64,000 nucleotides of DNA from Escherichia coli (GCF_044324785.1 NZ_CP172127.1), one strand, 5' to 3'; counted from the stretch's first letter, positions 27,899-40,486 are shown. Translations and numbers: made by a program. The notes: a model not told the origin generated them from the letters alone.

Positions 27899-28612
27899 AT
27901 GAATGTTAATTACCTGAATGATTCAGATCTGGATTTCCTCCAGCATTGCAGTGAGGAACAGTTGGCAAATTTCGCCCGATTGCTCACCCATAATGAAAAA
28001 GGCAAAACTCGCCTCTCCAGCGTACTGATGCGCAACGAACTGTTTAAATCGATGGAAGGACATCCCGAGCAACATCGCCGCAACTGGCAGCTGATTGCCG
28101 GAGAATTACAACATTTTGGTGGCGATAGTATCGCCAACAAACTGCGTGGACACGGTAAATTGTATCGGGCGATTTTGCTCGATGTTTCAAAACGATTGAA
28201 GCTGAAAGCCGACAAAGAGATGTCTACGTTTGAAATTGAGCAACAGTTACTGGAACAATTTCTGCGTAATACCTGGAAGAAAATGGACGAGGAACATAAG
28301 CAGGAGTTTCTGCACGCGGTCGATGCCAGGGTGAATGAGCTGGAAGAGCTGCTGCCGCTGCTGATGAAAGACAAATTATTGGCAAAAGGCGTGTCGCATT
28401 TGCTTTCCAGCCAATTGACCCGCATTTTACGCACCCACGCAGCAATGAGCGTACTTGGGCATGGTTTGCTTCGCGGCGCGGGGCTGGGAGGCCCTGTAGG
28501 CGCGGCACTAAATGGGGTTAAAGCGGTCAGCGGCAGCGCCTATCGCGTGACGATTCCAGCCGTACTGCAAATCGCCTGCCTGCGCCGGATGGTTAGTGCC
28601 ACTCAGGTCTGA
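27899..28612 (+). CDS. yaaW: UPF0174-family protein YaaW
   Basis: 237-aa ORF MNVNYLNDSDLDFLQHCSEEQLANFARLL. Confidence 0.8.
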   Translation: MNVNYLNDSDLDFLQHCSEEQLANFARLLTHNEKGKTRLSSVLMRNELFKSMEGHPEQHRRNWQLIAGELQHFGGDSIANKLRGHGKLYRAILLDVSKRLKLKADKEMSTFEIEQQLLEQFLRNTWKKMDEEHKQEFLHAVDARVNELEELLPLLMKDKLLAKGVSHLLSSQLTRILRTHAAMSVLGHGLLRGAGLGGPVGAALNGVKAVSGSAYRVTIPAVLQIACLRRMVSATQV

Positions 28613-28760
28613 TACCGGAAACCGGGGAAAATTTTCATTTTCCCTTCAAAAGATCGTAGACACTGCCCCACTGGCTGATTATTATGCCGCGCCCTGAAAA
28701 CACTACAGTTATTCAGGGAAATTATTTCACCATTCATTCGATGATGATTTTTGAGGAATT

Positions 28761-29327
28761 ATGGGCAACACTAAGTTGGCTAATACGGCACCGCTGGGCC
28801 TGATGGGCTTCGGCATGACCACCATTCTGCTTAACCTGCACAACGTGGGTTATTTCGCTCTGGACGGTATTATTCTTGCCATGGGCATTTTCTACGGCGG
28901 CATCGCGCAAATTTTTGCTGGTCTGCTGGAGTACAAAAAAGGCAACACTTTCGGTTTAACCGCATTCACCTCTTACGGTTCTTTCTGGCTGACGCTGGTT
29001 GCGATTCTGCTGATGCCGAAACTGGGTCTGACCGATGCGCCAAATGCACAGTTCCTTGGTGTCTACCTGGGTCTGTGGGGCGTATTTACGCTGTTTATGT
29101 TCTTCGGCACGCTGAAAGGCGCACGCGTTCTGCAATTCGTTTTCTTTAGCCTGACCGTGCTGTTTGCCCTGCTGGCGATCGGTAACATTGTCGGTAATGC
29201 CGCGATCATCCACTTTGCCGGCTGGATTGGTCTGATCTGCGGTGCCAGCGCAATCTATCTGGCGATGGGTGAAGTACTGAACGAGCAGTTTGGTCGCACC
29301 GTTCTGCCGATTGGTGAATCCCACTAA
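28761..29327 (+). CDS. satP: Succinate-acetate/proton symporter
   Basis: 188-aa membrane ORF MGNTKLANTAPLGLMGFGMTTILLNLHN (GPR1/FUN34/YaaH family). Confidence 0.9.
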   Translation: MGNTKLANTAPLGLMGFGMTTILLNLHNVGYFALDGIILAMGIFYGGIAQIFAGLLEYKKGNTFGLTAFTSYGSFWLTLVAILLMPKLGLTDAPNAQFLGVYLGLWGVFTLFMFFGTLKGARVLQFVFFSLTVLFALLAIGNIVGNAAIIHFAGWIGLICGASAIYLAMGEVLNEQFGRTVLPIGESH

Positions 29328-29361
29328 TTGTTTTGAGATCCCCCCGCTCGGGGGGATTTTT

Positions 29362-29952
29362 TTATTCGCTAACGTCGCGTCTTGCACTCTTCGGTCTGAA
29401 TGCTGCAACCACTTCCGGTGCCGTTTCAATGTATGGCCCTTCCAGCAACTGAATGCAGTACGGTACGCTGGCAAAAATACCATGCACCACAACGTTACCC
29501 TCAGTGTCCTTTACACCTTCCAGCGTCTCTTTAATCGACTTCGGCTGACCGGGTAAGTTAAGGATCAGCGCCTGTTTGCGAATCACGCCCACCTGACGCG
29601 AAAGGATCGCAGTTGGTACAAAATGCAGGCTGATCTGGCGCATCTGTTCACCAAAGCCTGGCATCTCGCGGTCCGCTACTGCCAGCGTCGCATCGGGCGT
29701 TACGTCACGACGCGCCGGGCCAGTTCCGCCCGTGGTGAGCACCAGATGGCAACTCATTTCATCCACCAGCTCACACAACGTTTGCTCGATGATCGCCTGC
29801 TCGTCGGGGATTAAGCGGGTTTCCAGTTCAAACGGCGTGGTTAGCGCCGATGTCAGCCATTCTTCCAACGCAGGGATGCCTTTATCCTGATAAACGCCGC
29901 TGGATGCGCGATCAGAGATGGAAACTAAGCCAATACGTAAAGTATTCATCAA
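29362..29952 (-). CDS. mog: Molybdopterin adenylyltransferase
   Basis: 196-aa ORF MMNTLRIGLVSISDRASSGVYQDKGIPALEEWL. Confidence 0.92.
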   Translation of the reverse strand: MMNTLRIGLVSISDRASSGVYQDKGIPALEEWLTSALTTPFELETRLIPDEQAIIEQTLCELVDEMSCHLVLTTGGTGPARRDVTPDATLAVADREMPGFGEQMRQISLHFVPTAILSRQVGVIRKQALILNLPGQPKSIKETLEGVKDTEGNVVVHGIFASVPYCIQLLEGPYIETAPEVVAAFRPKSARRDVSE

Positions 29953-30063
29953 GATTTTTCCGTTTAAACAGTCTCGTTAAACAGAATGATACACTGCGAA
30001 GGGAGTGACAGACAGGCTTCAGAAGAGGTAGCGTGACCGACTTCCCGGTCACGCTAAGAATGA

Positions 30064-31017
30064 TTACAGCAGATCGCCGATCATTTTTTCCAGTTTTTCC
30101 TGGTCAATAGCAAACTTACGGATACCTTCCGCCAGTTTATCTACTGCCATTGGATCCTGGTTGTGCTGCCACAGGAACTCGGACTCAGTGATACGCGCCG
30201 GACGCGCTTTCACTTCGCCGGTGTAAGACAGTTTACGTTCGATAGCCCCTTCGCTCTCCGCCAGCTCTTTCAGCAGTGCCGGTGCGATGGTCAGACGGTC
30301 GCAGCCTGCCAGTTCCAGAATTTCGCCGATGTTACGGAAGCTTGCGCCCATAACCACGGTTTCATAACCGTGCTCTTTGTAGTACTGGTAGATTTCAGAT
30401 ACAGAAACCACGCCCGGATCTTCTGCCGGAGCGTACTCTTTCTTATCAGTATTCGCTTTGTACCAGTCAAGAATACGGCCAACAAATGGCGAGATCAGGA
30501 ACACGCCTGCTTCCGCACAAGCACGAGCCTGAGCGAAGGAGAACAGCAGGGTCAGGTTACAGTTGATACCTTCTTTTTCCAGCTGTTCTGCAGCACGGAT
30601 ACCCTGCCAGGTAGAAGCCAGTTTGATCAGAATACGATCGTTGCTAATCCCTGCATCGTTGTAGAGTTTGATCAGGCGTTTTGCTTTCGCAATTGACGCT
30701 TCGGTGTCATAGGAAAGACGCGCATCAACTTCAGTTGAGATACGGCCCGGAACCAGTTTCAGGATTTCCAGACCAATATTTACTGCCAGTTTGTCGGTCG
30801 CGTCCACGATCTGCTGCGCGCGATCGTTGCTCTGCTGTTTCGCCCAGGCGACAGCATCATCAATCAACTTACGGTATTCCGGAATCTGCGCTGCGTTAAG
30901 AATGAGAGAAGGGTTGGTTGTGGCATCCTGCGGTTGATACAGCTTCATTGCCGCGATGTCCCCAGTGTCGGCCACTACGGTGGTGTACTGACGAAGGGAG
31001 GTCAATTTGTCCGTCAT
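30064..31017 (-). CDS. talB: Transaldolase B
   Basis: ORF 30064..31080; TalB from [40 protein letters not shown] (317 aa). Confidence 0.97.
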
Positions 31018-31295
31018 GATAGTATTTCTCTTTAAACAGCTTGTTAGGGGGATGTAACCGGTCTGCCCTGATGATATCACGACGCAACGTCAGCGCAACC
31101 GCCGACAAGACGGTTATCGCCAGGCGAGACTGTTTCGGATTTCTGACACTGCGTTGATATCGCCCGCCATTTTTATACAAAACCTCATGTATGCTACGCA
31201 GAAGTTATCAAGTACCTCGTAGCGTATATACTTTTTAAACAATTGGTAACGTTTACACAGGAAAGTCATCGCGACCGGCAATAAGAGGGATATGC

Positions 31296-32726
31296 ATGCC
31301 AGATTTTTTCTCCTTTATTAACAGCGTCCTTTGGGGATCGGTAATGATTTACCTGCTCTTCGGCGCAGGTTGTTGGTTCACTTTTCGCACCGGATTTGTG
31401 CAGTTTCGCTACATCCGCCAGTTTGGCAAAAGTCTTAAAAATAGCATTCATCCACAGCCAGGCGGTTTAACCTCATTTCAGTCATTGTGTACCAGTCTTG
31501 CGGCGCGCGTGGGTAGCGGCAACCTGGCCGGCGTTGCGCTGGCAATTACCGCCGGTGGACCAGGTGCCGTCTTTTGGATGTGGGTTGCTGCGTTTATCGG
31601 CATGGCGACCTCGTTTGCCGAATGTTCTCTGGCACAACTTTATAAAGAACGTGACGTCAATGGGCAGTTTCGTGGCGGACCGGCATGGTATATGGCGCGC
31701 GGGCTGGGGATGCGCTGGATGGGCGTTCTGTTCGCCCTCTTTTTGCTCATCGCCTATGGCATAATTTTCAGCGGAGTTCAGGCGAACGCCGTTGCCCGCG
31801 CCCTGAGTTTTTCTTTTGATTTTCCCCCGCTGGTGACAGGCATTATTCTCGCTGTCTTTACTCTGCTGGCAATCACTCGCGGTCTTCATGGCGTCGCCCG
31901 GCTCATGCAGGGGTTTGTCCCGTTGATGGCGATAATCTGGGTACTGACCAGCCTGGTGATTTGCGTAATGAATATCGGGCAACTTCCCCACGTCATTTGG
32001 TCTATTTTTGAGAGTGCTTTTGGCTGGCAGGAAGCGGCAGGCGGCGCGGCGGGATATACCTTAAGCCAGGCGATTACTAACGGTTTTCAGCGCAGTATGT
32101 TTTCCAATGAGGCGGGAATGGGGTCGACGCCAAACGCGGCAGCGGCGGCTGCGTCCTGGCCTCCGCATCCCGCAGCGCAAGGAATTGTCCAGATGATTGG
32201 CATTTTTATCGACACCCTGGTCATTTGTACGGCAAGCGCCATGCTGATATTACTGGCGGGTAACGGCACAACCTACATGCCGCTGGAAGGTATTCAGCTT
32301 ATCCAAAAGGCGATGCGGGTGTTAATGGGTTCCTGGGGTGCGGAGTTTGTTACCCTCGTGGTTATTCTGTTTGCCTTCAGCTCCATCGTTGCCAACTACA
32401 TTTATGCCGAAAACAATCTCTTCTTCTTACGCCTGAACAACCCTAAAACGATCTGGTGTCTGCGAATCTGCACCTTCGCAACGGTCATCGGCGGCACCTT
32501 GCTAAGTCTTCCGCTGATGTGGCAACTGGCAGATATCATAATGGCCTGCATGGCTATTACCAATTTGACCGCCATTTTACTGCTCTCGCCTGTGGTTCAT
32601 ACCATTGCCAGTGATTATCTACGCCAGCGTAAACTCGGCGTGCGCCCGGTGTTTGATCCGTTGCGTTATCCGGATATCGGTCGCCAGCTTTCTCCGGACG
32701 CGTGGGATGATGTTTCGCAGGAGTAA
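31296..32726 (+). CDS. yaaJ: Sodium:alanine symporter family transporter
   Basis: 476-aa polytopic membrane ORF. Confidence 0.88.
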   Translation: MPDFFSFINSVLWGSVMIYLLFGAGCWFTFRTGFVQFRYIRQFGKSLKNSIHPQPGGLTSFQSLCTSLAARVGSGNLAGVALAITAGGPGAVFWMWVAAFIGMATSFAECSLAQLYKERDVNGQFRGGPAWYMARGLGMRWMGVLFALFLLIAYGIIFSGVQANAVARALSFSFDFPPLVTGIILAVFTLLAITRGLHGVARLMQGFVPLMAIIWVLTSLVICVMNIGQLPHVIWSIFESAFGWQEAAGGAAGYTLSQAITNGFQRSMFSNEAGMGSTPNAAAAAASWPPHPAAQGIVQMIGIFIDTLVICTASAMLILLAGNGTTYMPLEGIQLIQKAMRVLMGSWGAEFVTLVVILFAFSSIVANYIYAENNLFFLRLNNPKTIWCLRICTFATVIGGTLLSLPLMWQLADIIMACMAITNLTAILLLSPVVHTIASDYLRQRKLGVRPVFDPLRYPDIGRQLSPDAWDDVSQE

Positions 32727-32795
32727 TCACAACTATCGATCAACTCATTCTCGTTTTTTGCTAAAGTCGGCATAAATTTCCTGCAAGGACTGGAT

Positions 32796-33572
32796 ATGCT
32801 GATTCTTATTTCACCTGCAAAAACGCTCGATTACCAAAGCCCATTGCCCACCACGCGCTATACGCTGCCGGAGCTGTTAGACAATTCCCAGCAGTTGATC
32901 CATGAAGCGCGGAAACTGACGCCTCCGCAGATTAGCACGCTGATGCGCATCAGCGACAAACTGGCGGGTATCAACGCCGCTCGCTTTCATGACTGGCAGC
33001 CAGATTTCACGCCGGAGAATGCCCGCCAGGCGATTCTGGCATTTAAAGGTGATGTCTACACCGGCTTGCAGGCCGAAACCTTCAGCGAAGACGATTTCGA
33101 TTTTGCCCAACAGCATTTGCGAATGCTTTCCGGCTTGTATGGCGTACTCCGCCCGCTCGATTTAATGCAGCCTTATCGTCTGGAAATGGGGATCCGTCTT
33201 GAGAATGCCCGAGGGAAAGATCTGTATCAATTCTGGGGAGATATCATCACCAACAAGCTGAACGAGGCGCTCGCAGCACAAGGCGATAATGTGGTGATTA
33301 ATCTGGCGTCAGATGAGTATTTTAAATCGGTGAAGCCGAAGAAATTGAATGCCGAGATTATCAAGCCGGTGTTCCTCGATGAGAAGAACGGCAAATTTAA
33401 GATCATCAGCTTCTACGCTAAGAAAGCACGCGGTCTGATGAGTCGTTTCATTATTGAAAATCGGCTGACCAAACCAGAGCAACTGACTGGTTTTAATAGC
33501 GAAGGTTACTTCTTTGATGAAGCTTCCTCCAGCAATGGCGAACTGGTGTTTAAACGCTACGAGCAGCGTTAA
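32796..33572 (+). CDS. yaaA: Peroxide-stress protein YaaA (UPF0246)
   Basis: 258-aa [23 protein letters not shown]. Confidence 0.9.
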   Translation: MLILISPAKTLDYQSPLPTTRYTLPELLDNSQQLIHEARKLTPPQISTLMRISDKLAGINAARFHDWQPDFTPENARQAILAFKGDVYTGLQAETFSEDDFDFAQQHLRMLSGLYGVLRPLDLMQPYRLEMGIRLENARGKDLYQFWGDIITNKLNEALAAQGDNVVINLASDEYFKSVKPKKLNAEIIKPVFLDEKNGKFKIISFYAKKARGLMSRFIIENRLTKPEQLTGFNSEGYFFDEASSSNGELVFKRYEQR

Positions 33573-33584
33573 GTTTGTAGTCAA

Positions 33585-33608
33585 TGCCGGATGGCAATCC
33601 GGCATTGA
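33585..33608. terminator. Bidirectional hairpin between yaaA and yaaX
   Basis: CAATGCCGGATGGCAATCCGGCATTG inverted repeat. Confidence 0.5.
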
Positions 33609-33611
33609 TAT

Positions 33612-33908
33612 TTAGCGATGATGTTTGTCAGGCCCCGGACGATGATCGCCACGATGATCATTGTGCTTGTTATGGCGCGGCGATGGCGGCGGTCCATATG
33701 GGTGCCAGCGATTGCCTCGCCATTCATAATGTTGTTTCCACCAGCCGTGGTCGCGCCAGTGACCGCCATCCCAGTAATAGCCACGATTATCACGATCGCC
33801 TATCTGTAATTTTACTGAAGGGACTAACGTAATTTCCGCAGCCTGCGCTGCCATGGGAGCGACCAGAACCAGGGAAAGTGCGAGTACGATAGATTGCATC
33901 TTTTTCAC
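33612..33908 (-). CDS. yaaX: Secreted DUF2502-family protein YaaX
   Basis: 98-aa ORF with signal peptide [23 protein letters not shown] and His/Trp/Arg-rich tail. Confidence 0.8.
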   Translation of the reverse strand: MKKMQSIVLALSLVLVAPMAAQAAEITLVPSVKLQIGDRDNRGYYWDGGHWRDHGWWKQHYEWRGNRWHPYGPPPSPRHNKHNDHRGDHRPGPDKHHR

Positions 33909-34121
33909 AGGTTACTCCTTTTATCATTGCCCGTTATGGGTCGATATCCGGAGATTACGCGATGAGAACGGCGGTTGTTATTCTCCGCAATCCTAATCTC
34001 TAAGTTACCGCATTTATTGAGAATTTCTTCTTTTTCCCTGTCGTTTCTCTCCATATTTTCTTCACAAAAAAGCCGGGCTGCATAAAAGCAAACCCGGCCT
34101 GATTGAGATAATGAATAGATA

Positions 34122-35408
34122 TTACTGATGATTCATCATCAATTTACGCAACGCAGCAAAATCGGCGGGCAGATTATGCGAAAGCAAGGGTAAATCGGCA
34201 CGTTCTGCCAGCTCTTTTGGCAGATCCAACGTTTCACCGAGAATCGCTTCCACGCTCTCTTTAAATTTCGCCGGATGCGCGGTGCCGAGGAACAAGCCAT
34301 ATTCGCCTGGATTCAACTGGTCACGCAGCGCACGATAAGCTACGGCAGCGTGCGGCTCCGAGGTGTAGCCCAGTTCTTTTAACTCACGCATTGTCTGTTG
34401 CGTGGTTTCATCATCCACGGCTGCATAACCCAGCTCTTTCAGTTGCCAGATTTTGCGGCGGAACAACTCTTCCACACGCGGCCAGTTGTTCGGCTGACTC
34501 ACGTCCATCGCGTTGGATAACGTCGCCTGAGTCGCTTTGGGGGACCACTGACCGTCGTGCAGGAAACGTGGCACGGTATCGTTCACGTTGGTCGCAGCAA
34601 TAAAACGTTTCACCGGCAAACCGAGTGACTTCGCCAGCAGACCCGCCGTCAAATCGCCGAAGTTTCCGCTTGGCACCGAGACAACCAGCTGGTTGCGCGC
34701 TTCCTGCGGCAGCTGCGCAACAGCTTCAAAGTAGTAGCAAATCTGCGCCAGCAAACGGCTGATGTTAATCGAGTTAGCCGAGTTTAACCCCAGCGCCACT
34801 TTCAGCTCTTCATCATCAAACGCCTGCTTCACCAGCGCCTGACAGGCATCGAAATCGCCGTCGATGGCAACAGTTTCAATATTGCCGCCCAATGTACAGA
34901 ACAGTTTTTCTTGCAGTGGACTGATTTTGCCTCGTGGATAGAGGATAACCACTTTCACATTCGGCAAACCGTAGAAAGCATGAGCCACTGCCGCTCCGGT
35001 ATCACCGGAGGTCGCGGTCAGAATGGTCACTGGCTTATCGCCCGCAATATGGGTCAGCATTTGTGCCATAAAGCGACCGCCGAAATCTTTAAATGCCAGC
35101 GTTGGCCCGTGGAACAATTCCAGACAACCGACATCGCTTTCAACATTGGCGACCGGAGCCGGGAAGGCAAACGCCGCGCGTACGCGCTCTTCCAGGATTT
35201 CCTGCGGGATTTCATCACCAATAAACGCCGAGAGGATCTTCGCACTGCGGGTGACAAAATCCAGCTTCAGCATCTCATCAATTTCAGTCAGGCTGAATTC
35301 CGGCAGGTCGTGCGGAAAAAACAGCCCCTGATTTTTGCCCAACCCCTGGGTTACGGCTTGCGCAAAGCTGACCTGCTCATTGTGATCTTTCAGATTGTAG
35401 AGTTTCAT
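34122..35408 (-). CDS. thrC: Threonine synthase
   Basis: 428-aa ORF MKLYNLKDHNEQVSFAQAVTQGLGKNQGLFFP. Confidence 0.97.
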   Translation of the reverse strand: MKLYNLKDHNEQVSFAQAVTQGLGKNQGLFFPHDLPEFSLTEIDEMLKLDFVTRSAKILSAFIGDEIPQEILEERVRAAFAFPAPVANVESDVGCLELFHGPTLAFKDFGGRFMAQMLTHIAGDKPVTILTATSGDTGAAVAHAFYGLPNVKVVILYPRGKISPLQEKLFCTLGGNIETVAIDGDFDACQALVKQAFDDEELKVALGLNSANSINISRLLAQICYYFEAVAQLPQEARNQLVVSVPSGNFGDLTAGLLAKSLGLPVKRFIAATNVNDTVPRFLHDGQWSPKATQATLSNAMDVSQPNNWPRVEELFRRKIWQLKELGYAAVDDETTQQTMRELKELGYTSEPHAAVAYRALRDQLNPGEYGLFLGTAHPAKFKESVEAILGETLDLPKELAERADLPLLSHNLPADFAALRKLMMNHQ

Positions 35409-36341
35409 TTAGTTTTCCAGTACTCGTGCGCCCGCCGTATCCAGCCGGCAAATATGAACAAAACCTTCCTGATTTTGCAGGTAGTTATTACCCAACCAGT
35501 CGGCAACGCGCTGGGCGGTATCCGGCTTGTCACACAGAGCGAACAAGGTCGGGCCGGAGCCGGAGATACCGCTCGCTACCGCGCCGATTTCCGCGACCGC
35601 CTGCCGCGCCTGCCGGAAACCAGGCAGTAACCGTTCACGGTAGGGTTCAGCGATAACATCTTTCATCAGCTTCGCGGCAAGCTCAGGCTGACGGGAATAG
35701 CAGGCGTGAATGAAGCCTGCCAGATGTCGCCCGTGCGCAATGCAATCCTGGCGGCGATACTGCGCCGGTAAAATAGCCCTGGCTTCTGCCGTCGAGACTT
35801 TAATCCCCGGATACGCCAGCACCCACAGCCACTCATCAAACCCTGGCACTTGCTGGCTGATGATGTCGTTTTCTTCGATCATCAACTGCATACCACCAAG
35901 AAAACACGGTGCCACGTTGTCGTAATGAATGCTGCCGGAGATACGCCCTTCCAGCTCGCCCATCAAAGCCAGCAAACGGGTGTCATTAAGCGGCTTGCCG
36001 CAGTGTTCATTCATCGCCATCAGCGCCGCGACCACTGAGCAGGCGCTGGAGCCTAAGCCCGAGCCGATTGGCATATTCTTTTCCAGAGTCATCGCCACTG
36101 GAATTTGCTTACCCAGCTCCTGGCAAAAACGCTCCCAGCACTGATAAACGATATTTTCCCGAGGTTCTGACGGCAGCTTATCGGCAAAGCGTCCGAGGTT
36201 ATTGAGACTGAATGTCTCTGCCGCCTCAACCGTGACTACATCTCCGAGCAATGCACCATCAACGGGTGTCACCGCCGCCCCGAGCACATCAAACCCGACG
36301 CTCATATTGGCACTGGAAGCCGGGGCATAAACTTTAACCAT
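35409..36341 (-). CDS. thrB: Homoserine kinase
   Basis: 310-aa [27 protein letters not shown] (GHMP kinase). Confidence 0.97.
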   Translation of the reverse strand: MVKVYAPASSANMSVGFDVLGAAVTPVDGALLGDVVTVEAAETFSLNNLGRFADKLPSEPRENIVYQCWERFCQELGKQIPVAMTLEKNMPIGSGLGSSACSVVAALMAMNEHCGKPLNDTRLLALMGELEGRISGSIHYDNVAPCFLGGMQLMIEENDIISQQVPGFDEWLWVLAYPGIKVSTAEARAILPAQYRRQDCIAHGRHLAGFIHACYSRQPELAAKLMKDVIAEPYRERLLPGFRQARQAVAEIGAVASGISGSGPTLFALCDKPDTAQRVADWLGNNYLQNQEGFVHICRLDTAGARVLEN

Positions 36342-36342
36342 G

Positions 36343-38805
36343 TCAGACTCCTAACTTCCATGAGAGGGTACGTAGCAGATCGGCAAAGACACCGGCAGCT
36401 GTAACGTCATTGCCCGCACCATATCCGCGCAGCACCAACGGCAGCGGCTGATAATAGTGGCTATAGAAGGCCAGGGCGTTTTCGCCGTTTTTCACTTTGA
36501 ACAGCGGATCATTACCATCCACTTCGGCAATCTTCACGCGACAGACGCCATCTTCATCAATATTGCCAACATAGCGCAAAACTTTTCCTTCATCACGGGC
36601 CTTCGCCACGCGAGCGGCAAAGCGATCGTCGAGCTGTGACAGATTCGCCATAAAAGCGGCAACATCACCCTCGGCGTTAAACTCTGCGGGCAGCACAGGT
36701 TCAATTTCAATATCCGCCAGCTCCAGTTCACGTCCCGTTTCACGAGCGAGAATCAATAGTTTACGCGCCACATCCATACCAGAAAGATCATCTCGCGGGT
36801 CCGGTTCGGTATAACCCATTTCCCGCGCCAGCGTGGTCGCCTCGGAGAAACTCATGCCTTCGTCTAACTTGCCGAAGATATAAGAAAGCGAACCAGAAAG
36901 AATGCCGGAGAACTTCATCAATTCATCACCTGCATTGAGCAGATTTTGCAGGTTCTCAATAACCGGTAATCCAGCCCCAACGTTGGTGTCATAGAGGAAT
37001 TTACGCCGCGATTTTTCCGCCGCATGACGCAACAGATGGTAGTAATCCATCGACGAGGTGTTAGCCTTTTTGTTCGGCGTAACAACGTGGAAACCCTCGC
37101 GCAGGAAGTCGGCATATTGATCCGCCACTGCCTGGCTGGAGGTGCAGTCAACAATGACCGGGTTCAGCAGATGATATTCTTTCACGAGGCGAATTAAGCG
37201 CCCGAGATTAAACGGCTCTTTGGCTTGCGCCAGTTCTTCCTGCCAGTTTTCCAGATTAAGGCCATGTACATTGGTGAGCAGAGCCTTCGAGTTGGCAACA
37301 CCGCAGACACGTAAGTCGATATGTTTATTCTTCAGCCAGCTTTGCTGACGCTTCAGTTGCTCCAGCAGCGCACCGCCAACGCCACCGACGCCAATCACAA
37401 ACACTTCGATAACCTGATCGGTATTGAACAGCATCTGATGAGTAACGCGCACGCCAGTGGTCGCATCATCGTTATTTACCACGACAGAGATTGAGCGTTC
37501 AGAAGATCCCTGAGCAATGGCGACAATGTTGATATTGGCGCGGGCCAGCGCGGCAAAGAATTTCGCCGAGATCCCACGCAAGGTGCGCATACCATCACCT
37601 ACCACCGAGATAATGGCCAGCCGTTCCGTCACCGCCAGCGGCTCCAGTAAGCCTTCTTTCAGTTCCAGGTAGAACTCTTCCTGCATTGCCCGTTCAGCTC
37701 GCACACAGTCGCTTTGTGGAACGCAGAAACTGATACTGTATTCGGAAGATGATTGCGTAATCAGCACCACGGAAATACGGGCGCGTGACATCGCTGCAAA
37801 GACGCGCGCCGCCATGCCGACCATTCCTTTCATCCCCGGACCAGAAACGCTGAACATTGCCATGTTATTCAGATTGGAAATGCCCTTGACCGGTAATTCG
37901 TCTTCATCACGGCTGGCACCAATGAGCGTACCTGGTGCTTGAGGATTTCCGGTATTTTTAATCAGGCAAGGGATCTGGAACTGGGCGATGGGGGTAATTG
38001 TGCGGGGGTGAAGAACTTTAGCGCCGAAGTAGGAAAGCTCCATCGCTTCCTGGTAGGACATCGACTTCAACAACCTCGCATCGGGCACCTGACGCGGGTC
38101 GCAGGTATAGACCCCGTCAACGTCCGTCCAAATCTCGCAACAATCGGCGCGTAAACAGGCAGCCAGCACCGCAGCAGAGTAGTCGGAACCGTTGCGTCCA
38201 AGCACCACCAGTTCGCCTTTTTCATTACCGGCGGTGAAACCTGCCATCAGCACCATGTGATCAGCCGGAATACGACTTGCCGCAATACGGCGGGTGGACT
38301 CAGCAATATCGACGGTAGATTCGAGGTAATGCCCCACTGCCAGCAGTTTTTCGACCGGATCGATAACGGTAACGTTGTGACCGCGCGCTTCTAATACGCC
38401 GGCCATAATGGCGATCGACATTTTCTCGCCACGGCAAATCAGCGCAGCGTTGATGCTATCCGGGCACTGCCCCAACAAACTAATGCCATGCAGGACATGT
38501 TTTATTTGGGCAAATTCCTGGTCGACGAAAGTTTTCAGTTGCGCCAGCGGGAATCCCGGCTGAGCGGCGGCGAGTCCCGTCAGAAGTTCGGCAAAAATAC
38601 GTTCGGCATCGCTGATATTGGGTAAAGCATCCTGGCCGCTAATGGTTTTTTCAATCATCGCCACCAGGTGGTTGGTGATTTTGGCGGGGGCAGAGAGGAC
38701 GGTGGCCACCTGCCCCTGCCTGGCATTGCTTTCCAGAATATCGGCAACCCGCAGAAAACGTTCTGCATTTGCCACTGATGTACCGCCGAACTTCAACACT
38801 CGCAT
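36343..38805 (-). CDS. thrA: Bifunctional aspartokinase I / homoserine dehydrogenase I
   Basis: ORF 36343..38847; ThrA from [32 protein letters not shown] (820 aa). Confidence 0.97.
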   Translation of the reverse strand: MRVLKFGGTSVANAERFLRVADILESNARQGQVATVLSAPAKITNHLVAMIEKTISGQDALPNISDAERIFAELLTGLAAAQPGFPLAQLKTFVDQEFAQIKHVLHGISLLGQCPDSINAALICRGEKMSIAIMAGVLEARGHNVTVIDPVEKLLAVGHYLESTVDIAESTRRIAASRIPADHMVLMAGFTAGNEKGELVVLGRNGSDYSAAVLAACLRADCCEIWTDVDGVYTCDPRQVPDARLLKSMSYQEAMELSYFGAKVLHPRTITPIAQFQIPCLIKNTGNPQAPGTLIGASRDEDELPVKGISNLNNMAMFSVSGPGMKGMVGMAARVFAAMSRARISVVLITQSSSEYSISFCVPQSDCVRAERAMQEEFYLELKEGLLEPLAVTERLAIISVVGDGMRTLRGISAKFFAALARANINIVAIAQGSSERSISVVVNNDDATTGVRVTHQMLFNTDQVIEVFVIGVGGVGGALLEQLKRQQSWLKNKHIDLRVCGVANSKALLTNVHGLNLENWQEELAQAKEPFNLGRLIRLVKEYHLLNPVIVDCTSSQAVADQYADFLREGFHVVTPNKKANTSSMDYYHLLRHAAEKSRRKFLYDTNVGAGLPVIENLQNLLNAGDELMKFSGILSGSLSYIFGKLDEGMSFSEATTLAREMGYTEPDPRDDLSGMDVARKLLILARETGRELELADIEIEPVLPAEFNAEGDVAAFMANLSQLDDRFAARVAKARDEGKVLRYVGNIDEDGVCRVKIAEVDGNDPLFKVKNGENALAFYSHYYQPLPLVLRGYGAGNDVTAAGVFADLLRTLSWKLGV

Positions 38806-38831
38806 GGTTGTTACCTCGTTACCTTTGGTCG

Positions 38832-38868
38832 AAAAAAAAGCCCGCACTGTCAGGTGCGGGCTTTTTTC
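38832..38868 (-). terminator. thr operon attenuator (leader terminator)
   Basis: Minus-strand AAAAAGCCCGCACCTGACAGTGCGGGCTTTTTTTT between thrL and thrA. Confidence 0.85.
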
Positions 38869-38885
38869 TGTGTTTCCTGTACGCG

Positions 38886-38954
<69 letters not shown>

Positions 38955-39164
38955 TGTTGTGTACTCTGTAATTTTTATCTGTCTGTGCGCTATGCCTATA
39001 TTGGTTAAAGTATTTAGTGACCTAAGTCAATAAAATTTTAATTTACTCACGGCAGGTAACCAGTTCAGAAGCTGCTATCAGACACTCTTTTTTTAATCCA
39101 CACAGAGACATATTGCCCGTTGCAGTCAGAATGAAAAGCTGAAAAATACTTACTAAGGCGTTTT

Positions 39165-39851
39165 TTATTTGGTGATATTTTTTTCAATATCATGCAGCAA
39201 ACGGTGCAACATTGCCGTGTCTCGTTGCTCTAAAAGCCCCAGGCGTTGTTGTAACCAGTCGACCAGTTTTATGTCATCTGCCACTGCCAGAGTCGTCAGC
39301 AGTGCCATGGCTCGTTCGCGTAAAGCTTGCAGTTGATGTTTGTCTGCCGTTGTGTCACTTTTCGCCGGTTGTTGTATTAATGTTGCTAATTGATAGCAAT
39401 AGACCATCACCGCCTGCCCAAGATTGAGCGAAGGATAATCCGCCACCATCGGCACACCAGTAAGAACGTCAGCCAACGCTAACTCTTCGTTAGTCAGCCC
39501 GGAATCTTCGCGACCAAACACCAGCGCGGCATGGCTCATCCATGAAGATTTTTCCTCTAACAGCGGCACCAGTTCTACTGGCGTAGCGTAGTAATGATAT
39601 TTCGCCCGACTGCGCGCAGTGGTGGCGACAGTGAAATCGACATCGTGTAACGATTCAGCCAGTGTCGGGAAAACTTTAATATTATCAATAATATCACCAG
39701 ATCCATGTGCGACCCAGCGGGTGGCTGGCTCCAGGTGCGCCTGACTATCGACAATCCGCAGTTTGCTAAACCCCATCGTTTTCATTGCCCGCGCCGCTGC
39801 CCCAATATTTTCTGCTCTGGCGGGTGCGACCAGAATAATCGTTATACGCAT
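39165..39851 (-). CDS. yjtD: SpoU/TrmH-family RNA methyltransferase
   Basis: ORF 39165..39872; likely start MRITIILVAPARAENIGAAARAMKTMGF; located between thrL and arcA across the origin. Confidence 0.8.
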   Translation of the reverse strand: MRITIILVAPARAENIGAAARAMKTMGFSKLRIVDSQAHLEPATRWVAHGSGDIIDNIKVFPTLAESLHDVDFTVATTARSRAKYHYYATPVELVPLLEEKSSWMSHAALVFGREDSGLTNEELALADVLTGVPMVADYPSLNLGQAVMVYCYQLATLIQQPAKSDTTADKHQLQALRERAMALLTTLAVADDIKLVDWLQQRLGLLEQRDTAMLHRLLHDIEKNITK

Positions 39852-40250
39852 ATTGCCACTCTTCTTGATCAAATAACCGCGAACCGGGTGATCACTGTCA
39901 ACTTATTACGCGGTGCGAATTTACAAATTCTTAACGTAAGTCGCAGAAAAAGCCCTTTACTTAGCTTAAAAAAGGCTAAACTATTTCCTGACTGTACTAA
40001 CGGTTGAATTGTTAAAAAATGCTACATATCCTTCTGTTTACTTAGGATAATTTTATAAAAAATAAATCTCGACAATTGGATTCACCACGTTTATTAGTTG
40101 TATGATGCAACTAGTTGGATTATTAAAATAATGTGACGAAAGCTAGCATTTAGATACGATGATTTCATCAAACTGTTAACGTGCTACAATTGAACTTGAT
40201 ATATGTCAACGAAGCGTAGTTTTATTGGGTGTCCGGCCCCTCTTAGCCTG

Positions 40251-40391
40251 TTATGTTGCTGTTAAAATGGTTAGGATGACAGCCGTTTTTGACACTGTCG
40301 GGTCCTGAGGGAAAGTACCCACGACCAAGCTAATGATGTTGTTGACGTTGATGGAAAGTGCATCAAGAACGCAATTACGTACTTTAGTCAT
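40251..40391 (-). CDS. yjjY: Small protein YjjY
   Basis: 46-codon frame MTKVRNCVLDALSINVNNIISLVVGTFPQDPTVSKTAVILTILTAT read from the minus strand; recognised from memory. Confidence 0.65.
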   Translation of the reverse strand: MTKVRNCVLDALSINVNNIISLVVGTFPQDPTVSKTAVILTILTAT

Positions 40392-40486
40392 GTTACGCCG
40401 ATCATGTTAATTTGCAGCATGCATCAGGCAGGTCAGGGACTTTTGTACTTCCTGTTTCGATTTAGTTGGCAATTTAGGTAGCAAAC

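Noticed and set aside
33618-33809. 63-aa ORF antisense to yaaX
   Set aside because: Mirror-image frame of the His/Trp/Arg-rich yaaX repeats; no independent support.
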